Of a DNA stretch of 42,513 nt, positions 23,886-34,245 are shown piece by piece. Source of the stretch: Moniliella sp. 'wahieum' (lineage: Eukaryota); contig RSEE01000058.1 in NCBI GenBank assembly GCA_003971905.1, forward strand, positions 372,001 through 414,513. The letters run 5' to 3'. The translations under genes and the position numbers were made by a program. Numbering within the stretch: position 1 is the stretch's first letter; each line of letters opens with the position of its first letter. Under the pieces are notes generated by a model. That model did no database searches. It saw only the letters and a list, made by a program, of their open reading frames with translations, and was not told the DNA's origin.

Positions 23886-25592
23886 ATGTCCACCCATCCT
23901 CCTGATCCTGTGCGCCCCGCTGGAACCACAGCTTCTCCTTGGAAACCCTAGCCGATAACAAGAGGCTCCGGTCCGTGTCGCCACTTGCGCCTAGTCCAGC
24001 AACCCCCCTCCGTCCATCCCTTTGCCGCCCCCATTCTGCCCGGCCCCCAATCCTCAGACCTGCATCGGGTCCTCCTGCAGAGTTGGACCCATCTGAACCA
24101 CCTGTACGCGGCCGTCTGCCCTCGCTCGCTCAAGGCTTTGGCTTTGCAAACCCCCCGTTTCCCCCTGTATTCGCCCCTTTCCGTCTCACGAACCCTCTCA
24201 GGTACTCCTTCAGGTACCCCCTCTATGGCCCCCCGCCCCTCCATCCCGTCTCTTACCTCTTCCTTCACCCGGGCGGATCTGAGCGGTCCCTCAGTCCGCG
24301 CTCCAGCTTCTCAGCTACCCCTGGCTCTGGCTTGGATCCATCTCGCTTGCCCCCTTGTCTTCGCGTCTTCGCGACGGAAAAGTTGGTACGGCGAGGTGCC
24401 ATCCTGTCGATCCAGGCTCTCATTCGCCAGCGTACCGCGCCCGGGTCCCTTAGCTCCCATCCACCCTCCCTTGGCAGAGGAGAGGGAAGAACGGTACACT
24501 GAAGGCCGATGGAGCTGGTTTTCGTCCCAGACGGCGCCACAGCGACGCAGGACCCACGCAGCCCTCTCCCCTTCGTTCGGGCATCGCATCGCCCATGGTG
24601 GCCCTTATGCCCGCCCCAGCCTCGAGGGAGAGGGTGGCGTAGGCCTAGAACAGGGTCGGGAATGGCCTACCCCACACCCTTCCCACCCGCACCGCTCCCT
24701 CCCGGCTTCCCCTGTACCGAGCCGCCATCGATCACCACCTCCTCCCTCAACCCCCCCGCACTGGCACCCCGCCCGTTCGGACCTCAACCCGTTTCTTCGT
24801 CGGCACAGTCGAGCCAGTACCGCCAGGGGACCGAGCACGAAGGCCCCCTCCTCTTCTCTGTGGGTTTCCGATCCTTCGTTCAAGGAACGGGGCGCGGCCT
24901 GCTTCCCCCCAAGGGGATGGGTGAGCACTTACCCGCCTGCCGTACTCGCGGAGGGTAACGAACCCTCTGCCGCCTCGCCCTATGTTCCAGTACATTCTCA
25001 ACGTTTGTACGCGCCGTTTCCGGCCATGCGACAAGAGAGGACACCACGGCCGTTCCAGTGCACGTCGTGTGGCGCGGCCTTTGCGCGCAACCACGATTTG
25101 CGCCGTCACGCTCGTATTCATCTCCAGACCAAACCGTTCGCCTGTCCTTCGTGCAACAAACCCTTTTCGCGCAAAGATGCTCTGAACCGTCACGTGCTTG
25201 TCAAGGTACGTCCCTTGCCTTGCCCCTCCTTTTAGCTCCTTTGCCACGTCCTCTCCTTCTCCTCTTTCTCTTCTCCTTCTCCCCCACACTCGTCACCTCT
25301 TTCCCACGGGTGGTGAAAACGGCTGCATCTTATGGACTGTCTACTGACTTGAACTTTCGCTTGCTGGCTTGTTCACTTGGTCACTTGGTTGTTGGTCGTT
25401 TGGGCTAGGAGGAAACGCTGCCTGTGCGCGTCGTCGACGTCGAAACCGACATGCTCCCCTTCCCGCGTGGCCAGTACGCAAGATGGTAACGCGGTAGGAA
25501 ACGCGCAGCTCCCTCGGCCAGTCCTCCAGCGAGCGCGGCGAATGCACAGCCACGGTCGCCCGTCTGCATTCTCCGCGCCTGGCGAGGCGTAG
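23886..25592 (+). CDS. C2H2 zinc-finger transcription factor (two fingers near the C-terminus); donor at 25206; both ends approximate
   Basis: RPFQCTSCGAAFARNHDLRRHARIHLQTKPFACPSCNKPFSRKDALNRHVLVK followed by GTACGT donor; Pro/Ser-rich N-terminal region. Confidence 0.82.
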
Positions 25593-26265
25593 TAGCCACG
25601 CGCGCCAGACGGCTTGGATTTCGGCTGCGCCCGATCCGCAGTAACGACAACTCACGTTTTTTATTCATTTACCTCAATCCGTCCGACAGATGTTGGTTAG
25701 AAGGAAAGCACGTGGCTACTACCATCTAAGATCTAAGATCTGAGGCCCGCCTGTGCCCTTGGCGTACTAGCCCTTGTTTTGTCTTCCCTTCCATCGCTTG
25801 GGCACACCGGTGTAGACGTTGGGCGGTGGGGGTGGTTCGACCGGTGGAGTTAGATTGTGGACCTGGGCCTTGGATTGAGGCTGCAACGAGGGAGGATAGG
25901 TACCAAGGAAACCAGAGGTGCACAGAACGAATCCCCTCCCACGAGCCAACCGGGCCCTCTCCCGTCAATATCAATATAACAGCCGCTTTCCTGTGGGATG
26001 CGCGACGGCGGAGCGGGCAACGGGGCGGGCAGCACGGCGGGAGTCATGCCGCGCTGGAATAGTCAGCCTTAAGTTACTCCCTATATACCACGTCAAATCA
26101 GCGCCTGGGTCAATTGGATTAGCTCGATCATCAGCGAGGGGCAATTCCAAAGCCTATCTAGTCTCCTAGCTATTACAGCTTGATCCGCACAGACGAGTTA
26201 TCCACCCACCACCACCCACCACCGCTCCCACCACCACCACGCCCCACATCCCACCCACGTTGCCC

Positions 26266-27513
26266 ATGCTCAAGACAGTCTACCTCTGCTGCAGCGGCCA
26301 TGCCGAACATGTACGTGATTGATCGCCCGTGCACCCTTACTACTTTCTTGTATCGTTTTAAACCCGCCCCCCTCCCGTCGGAGGTTGGGGATCCCCTTCA
26401 CATCTCTTCTAACCAATCTGGATGTACCTGTCCAGAATGCGCTCGGTGTCCGGCCCATCTCCGACCCTCCCCTCACCGCGCTCGGACAGGAACAGTGCGC
26501 TCGGGTGGCCACCGATCCCAATGCCCAGGAGGTGGGCGAGCGCGTGGAGCTCATTGCCAGCAGTGCACTCAAGGGCGCCCTTGAAAGCACCCGCCTCTGT
26601 TGGCCTCAGTCGATTGCTCGTCTGGGCTGCGTCCATGTGCTCCCGTTACAGGAATGTGGGTCCGGTCCGTGCGCGAGTGGGTCCCGGCCTAACCTCAGCT
26701 CGGACCCGGCCTTTGCTGCACTGGGTAGTGCGGTGGGCTTGAAGCACGGGTGGAACGAAAAGACAGACATGTACGCTTCGACACGCGAAGCGTTGCAGAT
26801 TCGTGCGGCCTGGGTACGCGCATGGATCAAGTCCCGTCCTGAACGCACCTTGCTCCTCGTTAGCCACCTCCACTTTCTTCGTCTTCTTACCCAAACTACC
26901 ACCACCACAAACCGAATGGGTTCCTACCGAAGTGCAACAGTGGTTTCTCGATCCTACTTCGCCCCTCGCCGCTCCACCGCTCACATTTGGTGCGACCATA
27001 ACAAAAGGCGGATCGGGTGCGGCTACGTTGTGGGACCTTAATCCTGGCCTGGTGGGCTCCTACGCGGCTCCCGGTGCCCGCGTCAATCCCACAGTCGGCT
27101 CTCTGGCCCCAATTTCCTTGGGTGCACAGGATTCGACCGACCTGCTCCCGCCTCTCGACTCGCTCGGCTTCAATATCGATCTCGACCTCGATTCGGCGGC
27201 GGAGCGGTCGGTGGCAGAAGTGGAAGGGGAAGTGCAGGCTCGCCTGACGGGACTCGAAGCCCAGGAACAGGAACTGCATGACCTCGAATCCCGTTTGGCT
27301 GAAATGGAAGCTCGGACGAAAAAGGTACGTTGTTGAAAACTATACTTGCTCGGATTGGTTTCGTTTGTTGCGGCCTCCTTTGGAGCGGACGCACTTGGAC
27401 AGAGCCACGTCAGCTGACCTCACCGCTTCGCTCGGTCGCGTTGCTTGCTTATACTTTCCTGATTGCTTGCCTTTGGCTTGGGTTCGGGACAGTTGGAAGC
27501 GGCGGGTTTGTAG
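26266..27513 (+). CDS. Histidine phosphatase (phosphoglycerate mutase-like) family protein, catalytically degenerate, with C-terminal coiled coil; introns 26311-26435 and probably 27325-27492
   Basis: Spliced MLKTVYLCCSGHAEH|NALGVRPISDPPLTALGQEQC...ELIASSALKGALEST...LQECGSGPCASGS...RAAWVRAWIKSRPERTLLLVSHLHFLRLLT...EVEGEVQARLTGLEAQEQELHDLESRLAEMEARTKK|LEAAGL*. Confidence 0.78.
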
Positions 27514-28712
27514 GCTTCTCCTATCCTCTTCCTCCCCCCTTGGCCGCCACTGATGGGGACATTTGTATTTCCCTGTCCCCTGCGATGGCTAGAATGTGGT
27601 TTTACAGTTGATGAATTCCCCAGTGCACTCTTTCGACGTGCAATGCACTTCCCCCCAGCTCATGTTCCCACTTCAAGCTTCGAAGACATACTAGCCTGTG
27701 AGCTCGCTGTGGCTCGTCTCGTCTCGTACAGAGTATGAAAGCTGACGTTCATTGTGTCGATATAAGGCCTGTCCGTCGTTCCAGTACAAAACGGCCCATA
27801 GGGTGGTGGACGAAGCATTGAGTGTAATATAATAGCCAAAGCAGGAAGGATACTCAGGATTTGGTAAATGGGGGGAGATGACGAACACCCCTTACAAGCG
27901 TATGTGTGTGCATGCATCAGCACCACAAGTCTCATCATTGAAGACCCGCACTGTTACCCATTCAATAGGCCGCCCCTCCAAAGCGTACCTTTGCCGGATC
28001 CCGGTGTGGATGCCCACGGGAGCAGTCCCAGCGACGGGCCTCTCAGTCTCTCGCATTCTGGATTAAAAGAGGGCAAAAGGAAGTGGGCCCTGAATGTCTG
28101 TATCTTCAGCGTTGCCCACAGAAGCATTATATTAGCCCAAGAAGTCCAAGGGGGGATTTCTTGATTATAGCCCTCAATTGCCACAGCACTCATTCTGACC
28201 ATGCGTAGTATGGGTAAGTACTAGTGTAGACTTAAGAACTTGAAACTCACGAGAGGAGGGGATGAATGTGAAAGAATTCATTAATTAACCCTTGACTGCA
28301 GTGGCAGTCTTTGGCGAGAGTCAGTTCACACAGGTCCGAGCGCCTCAACTCAACATGCTACTACTAAAGTCCAGCTCAGCGCCGTGAGGCCTGTGGCTCA
28401 GCGCGCTTTACGTTGCTTTACTTCGAACTAAGCACACAGCACTCAAGATCTGGGATGTCCAAAGCGCTAAGGCTTGATGTAAGCACGGCGCTCTATATGC
28501 CAACACCACCCTGCTCGCCCTCCACACTGCCTCAATCCGTCAGGGCTGCCTCATGGTGGAGGCCTCGGACCCTTCACAGCCAGCGTTGGGCGCTGAGCCT
28601 TTTAGCAGCCTTCAAGCATCGTCGACGGCAAGACTGTACCAGATCCCTCTGGCCCTCGACACTTCCTATCACTGATCAGCACACCCGAGGAAGGATGCCA
28701 CGCTGGACTCAC

Positions 28713-28746
28713 ATTATCGATTATCGATTATCGATGATCGATTATC
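28713..28746. repeat. Palindromic heptamer array (ATCGAT+N)4
   Basis: attatcgattatcgattatcgatgatcgattatc: four in-register ATCGAT with spacers T,T,G,T. Confidence 0.9.
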
Positions 28747-30962
28747 CCACACTTGCCACACTTCCCACATCCACCGTGATTCATTGATGCATCCCTGGGT
28801 CACATGTCACCCTGTCACAGGCGCGCCAGAGGATGCGGCCAAAAAGTTGACAGATATGTAGTTACCGAAGATTATATCCAGTACCGGGTTACCGGGTTAC
28901 CAAGTTACCGGGTTACCAGGCTACTCCCATCCTGCATCCTCCCCGACCGGCGACCGTTCTTCCTCCTCAATGTGCTTTTGAACTTCGATGCGGATGGTCT
29001 CACCAGGTCTGAGATCTGATTTCTAAAGTCTGTACCCCGTCGCCCGTGGAATTGGTTGTGGTCATCGCGGTTCAGACGTTCAGTCCCAATGTTCAGTATA
29101 TTCATCTTCCCGCTTCAAGCTTCAAGCTTCAAGCCCAGGCCTCATTGCCTGATGTACTTACATATGGGACCCGCCATCACCTCTATATAGTCCACTAGCC
29201 TCCCTGCGAACAAATGCATCATAGTCACTAGCAAGTCACTTGTCACTATAGTGTCACTATGACGGCGTCACTAGGTCCTCGTCACTAGCCTCACTAGCTC
29301 CATCAACTATGGCAGTCACTCTAGCCACACCGGCCACCGCAGACCCCCATTTCATGTTCTGCTTACTACTATTGAAGAACTGAGTCCTACGAGGACCGAG
29401 GACCGAGGATGTCCCTGGACCGAGTCCGGGGGGACTCACAAAACTCACTACTCACTGGGCGTTCTTCACTCTCCTTCTCAGGGCGCCAGGTTGATATATC
29501 TTGATCGGTTCGGAGCGGCACGGATTCATCCAGGTCCTCTTTTTGATTTGGGGATAACAAAGTGAGAACGCACCGTAAGCCAGTCAGAAGCCGAACGCCT
29601 ACTCTGAGAAGCTGTACAAAGACCTATTGAACTGAAAGCGGACCACCCCCTCGCTCTTTTGTTTTTTGTACCAAAGCACGATGATCGAATCGAGATGGTC
29701 GACGACTGGAAAAGCAGCGCAGACAACGGTGATCATAACCATTGGACGGATTCAACGGATTGGATCAATGCGATCAATGTTGCAATGAGTTCAACTTGTC
29801 TGTTGCCGCACAGGTCGGGGCTGAGGTCGATGATCGCGACAGAGGGCTAGGAAAGCATCCCTTCTGGGCGCTACAACTCCCGAGAATCGGCGCTTAGCTT
29901 GAATTTCGGAAGGGCTGAAGCTTGAGGCTTGAAGTTCTGAGTCGTGTGGTAGCCTAGCGCGTCGTGGGGTCATGCGAACGATCTCAATCATTGATGGATA
30001 GGATGGCAGAGCAGCGACACTCGGATGGTGCGGCACAGCGGCCGGGACCGAGACGGAGGAAGGCGCGCCAAAAAGGGACAAAACAAGGCATGAAACGGAT
30101 CAAGCTTCAAACGCAAAGCTTTATAAAGGGAACAGGATAAAGGATAAAGGACACTAAAGGGTAAATGATAAGCAACTGTCGGAGGCACATATGGAAGGAG
30201 CGGATGGAACTTGGAAGGAACGCGGGGGGGGATAGGGGAAGTCATAGATGCGGGGGCGATCGGGATGTGGAGGGCAAAGAGAGTCGGACTGACCATCGAT
30301 CTTATGGAATCGAGATAGTTGATAGGATCGGAGATGGAATTGAATTGAATCACAATCATAGGTCCGGCATCATCATTCGCACCTCATCGCATCGTATCGA
30401 ATCGCATCGCATCGAATCGAGTCAGTCAAGCCGAGTCGAACATTGCGTCGAATGGGACCAATGAATTATACAACCACATGCATCCATGAAAGGGCGTCAA
30501 CGCGTCTACGTGTCAACGTTCAATGGGATCCGCGTACTTCCGTACTTCCTTCAACATTACAAAAACAAAATAATCACCATAACGGGCTAGCGTATAACGT
30601 TCACCGTTACTCCTCGACCAATCCTCCTTGCTTCATCCGTCCCACCAGTCACAGGTGTCTAAGTTTGTACATTCCCTGTGGATGAGGCCATTCGCTTGAC
30701 AGCGGGTCGAGGGCCAGAAGGTACAGGAAGTACAGCAAGTACAGGAGAGATGGAGAAAAACGAAACATGGGCAGCGCCAGAACGGTGGCGATCCAAGAAA
30801 ACGATAGCGGTGACAGGGAGAGGGGGGAGGGGGGTGCCAGAACGGTGGCTCGACAGGGGTGCCTTGTATCATACTGAACCAGGTCGGGGCAGTTAAATCC
30901 AGATGATCAGACGGGCGGGTGGGCGAGTGGAGGAGGGGAGAGGGGGAGAGGGGGAAAAGCCC

Positions 30963-32359
30963 TTACAGTTGTTGGGACTGAAAGAGATCAGGGCGAAAAA
31001 TGGGACTATTACTTGATCTGCCAGGTTGCTCGGAGTACGCGTGCCAGAAAGTGGCGGAGAGAAAAGGAGTAGATGCAGGTCGCGGAAGGAATAGGCGGGA
31101 AAGGAGGTGGAGAAGTAGTGGCAGAAGCAAGAGACGGAGGGGAACGTTCAACTTCGCTTTCATGGGGCGCGTGGGGCTCGCGTAGCTGCAGCAAGGGGCG
31201 CGGCTTGCTCCGAACCTGGCCCTTCCATTGAAGGGGGAGTACCTGTTTCGGACGCGTGGGACGCTTTGCCCGATGTAAGTTGATGGCCCGACAAACGTTT
31301 GCGATGCACGGATGATTGGCACGTCGCACCGATCCCTAAGCGTACGCACCGTCCACACGGCCGTGCATCGTCACAGCCCTTGGAGGAGCGTTGACAGGCC
31401 AAACGCGTTGCGCACTTGCTTTCGTTTCTTGCGTGTTGGCGGTGGCACCGAGCTCGTTTCGCCCACTACCGGCACGGAAGGGGAGGAAGTCGTCGTGTCG
31501 GCCGGATCGGCGGTGGGATGTGCAAGGGGCACGTTGGCAGGTGGTGACAACAACTGTCCTCGCCTCTCCCTTTCTCCCGGACGGGCAGGATCGACATTCC
31601 CTCGCTCTTCTTGCTCATGCGCATACGCGCTTGCGTCCAACGACGATTCCGTTGACCAGCGCAGCATGTCGGGGTGTTGGATCAATCGTACTGACCCTGT
31701 TTTGGCCCGGGAGCCCGATCCTTGTTGTTTTTGCCACAGATAGGGGGGAGGCGAATCGAGCGCCACTGAGTCAGAAGGTACCGACGCACTCGACGGTCGA
31801 CCCCCGGCTCCGACCCACCAGTGCGCCAGGGAGCGAGGCACGCGTAGCATCGCAGGGTGCCCGTGGTGTTCCCTGTTTCTGGTGTGGACGTCAACCCTGG
31901 CAAGGCCGGCGGATCCGGGCCAATGGGTTTCCCAGGGCGTACGTGTCCCCACGGAGCTGATCGGCGCGCATAGGCCGGTGCTAAAGAAAGGCGGCGGCGG
32001 GGGACGGACCCAAGGGCGAAGAGGGCTGGGTGGAGCTGGCGGAGTGGGAGAAGGGCAGGGGAAGGGCGGGGGGGGTGGGTGCGGAGGCGCAGAGGCGGAG
32101 GAAGGGATGGGTTGGAGTGGGGGGAGCTGTGCTGGTCGCTGGTGCTGGGTGCAGACGGTAGCGCTGGACACTGAGCTCCCATGCCGGATCGAGCGAGCTG
32201 CGGTTCTGCAGAAACGGGCGGACAATGCGCAGACGGGGGTAGGGATAGGAGGATGAACTGGATGGGGGGGGCTTGCCGATCGGTCGCACGCCGCTGGGAT
32301 GGCATGCACGAGGCCGGGTGCCCGGGGTGCACCAGAGCCTCCTGCGTGCCAAGAGACAT
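30963..32359 (-). CDS. Zn(II)2Cys6 binuclear-cluster transcription factor; boundaries approximate
   Basis: RKKRKQVRNA(C)LACQRSSKGCDDARPCGRCVRLGIGATC at ~31320-31435. The first Cys needs a 2-nt restoration (gcg t[gt] ttg). Candidate ATG at 32359, followed by Pro/Ser-rich sequence. Confidence 0.72.
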
Positions 32360-32380
32360 GGGGGTGGGATGGTAGTGAGG

Positions 32381-32453
32381 GGAGGAGGAGGAGGAGGAGG
32401 AGGAGGAGGAGGAGGAGGAGAGGGAGGAGGAAGAGGCGGAGGAGGAGGAGGAG
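32381..32453 (+). repeat. (GGA)n trinucleotide microsatellite
   Basis: Long ggaggagga run with two interruptions, just upstream of the candidate Zn2Cys6 start codon. Confidence 0.9.
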
Positions 32454-34101
32454 GGGCAGGGGCAGGACAGCGTGTGTGGCTGGCGAGCAGCAGCAGCTGG
32501 CTGTGCTGTACGGGAGGGCGCTCTGTTGTCGAGCGGGGCGGTTTCCTCTTCGGCCGAACGAAGGCATCTGGCAAGGCAGGGCAAGGCAGGCTCAAGACCC
32601 AACAAGGCGCACCCAGCAGCACCATCGGCACAGGAGCCCCGCCACACGGCCCCCGTGCCAGGCGCACTCCATGCATGCGTGTTACAGTCTGCGACAGCTG
32701 CTGTGCGGGCTGCTGCGGGCTGCTGCGAGCGGCTGCGTCGTGTCTGGCCGGGCACGTACCACACACAGTGCCCGTGGCGGACGACAGAATGCAGAATGCT
32801 CGCCGCCGCATGTGCGCCCTGGGGCCTCCCCGCCTCTGGCCGCCTCCCCGCCGCAGCCGCAGCCCGGCGGGCGCGTCGGCCAGGCACAGCGCCAGCCTGG
32901 CGCTGCTGTCTGCCAGCTCCGCCGCGGCTGCCGTGTCCGATCTGAGATTCGAGAGATCTGAGATGGCAGCAGACACGATACATACCACCCACCGCGGGGA
33001 AGGGGCAGGCACAGGGTGTGTGTGCCGGAATAGGACGGTCCCTACCCTACCTAAGTGTGGCCTGCTGTGGCCTTCGGCCTTAATCTGCAACACGCCTGAC
33101 ACACCCGACACGCCCCCAGGCCCACGGCCTAAGACACCGGTAACCGTACCCCCCTCCCGGCTTCTCCTGTCTCCTCCCGCCTCACCTCCGCCGGCTGGTC
33201 CGATGCTAGCCAAAACGCGTGCCAAAGCAGGCCAACGCGGGCGGCAAGCCTGTGTATCATGTACCATGTAATCTCTCTCGTCTTTCGAGAATCCCCCTTT
33301 CTCTCCATCCGCACCGTGGGCCATCGGCCATCGACCGTCGACCAGCATCGACCAACTCTCGCCCTCTCGCGAACATTCACGCACAAGAGTGTTTATGTCC
33401 TCGCTGATATCAGAGAAGAATTAATCGATAGATCCCGTGTTCATGCGTTCACGGGTAAATCATCGGTATCCTTGGTTTGAGAAGAGCGCGGTTAATGATC
33501 ATCGATCATCGATCATCATTTAACGTTTAACCTTTAAGGCCCAAGCCCACCGCGTAATGCATAACGTCAAACGTCAAAACCGAGGTTCAGCCTCGTCTCG
33601 GGCGAGGGCGCATGGCCGATGAGTTCGATGAATGAATCTTTTTACCGAGTGTACCGGGTGTACTCTAGTGTACCACATGCTTAGACACTCTCACAAGCAA
33701 CAATGTAACAATGGTACATGCCACAGGTCACATGTGCACGTCACAAGCGTGGCACAGCAGGGCATGGCCTGGCTTGGCACGGCTGTATGTGCCGGATTGT
33801 ACGTACGTCGCGCGCAGACCCGGGCAGACTCTCTTGGGTTGGAGAAAATGTCATGTCGGCGTGCTCCTGGCTACTCCTGGCTGCTTCCTCCTGGCTGCTC
33901 TCCTCCTGGCTACTCTCTGTGGAGGGCTGGCCGCTGGCGTCTACCAGCCTGTACGCTGTTGTATACCCGTCCGGCCCGAACGTCGGATCGGGCGAAGGAG
34001 CAGACCCTTCGCCTCCCTTCGCCTTCTCTGGGCCTGATCCACTGTTCGGTCATCCGGTCATCGATCCCTGATCAGACCGATCATCGATCATCTCCGGTTT
34101 C

Positions 34102-34134
<33 letters not shown>

Positions 34135-34245
34135 GCAGATCGATCAGATCTCAGATTGATCGGTGATTCGATGATATTGGATCTTAGGTCTCAGATCGTC
34201 TCAGATCCCGTGCATCATCGATCCGACGTCACGCGTCACGCGTCA
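34102..34245. repeat. Cluster of heptamer arrays: (CCACTAG)4, GATC/AGATCT-rich stretch, (ACGCGT+C)2
   Basis: ccactagccactagccactagccactag; cagatcgatcagatctcagattgatc; cgtcacgcgtcacgcgtca read directly. Confidence 0.85.

Noticed and set aside
31981..33384. Long overlapping ORFs (467, 436, 332 aa) and similar antisense ORFs at 5147-6211, 16774-17751 and 38939-39807
   Set aside because: These are stop-poor shadow frames of GC-rich and microsatellite sequence.
29190..34134. CACTA transposon termini suggested by CACTA(G) words
   Set aside because: The words occur as local tandem or clustered repeats, with no paired terminal inverted repeat, 3-bp target duplication or transposase visible.
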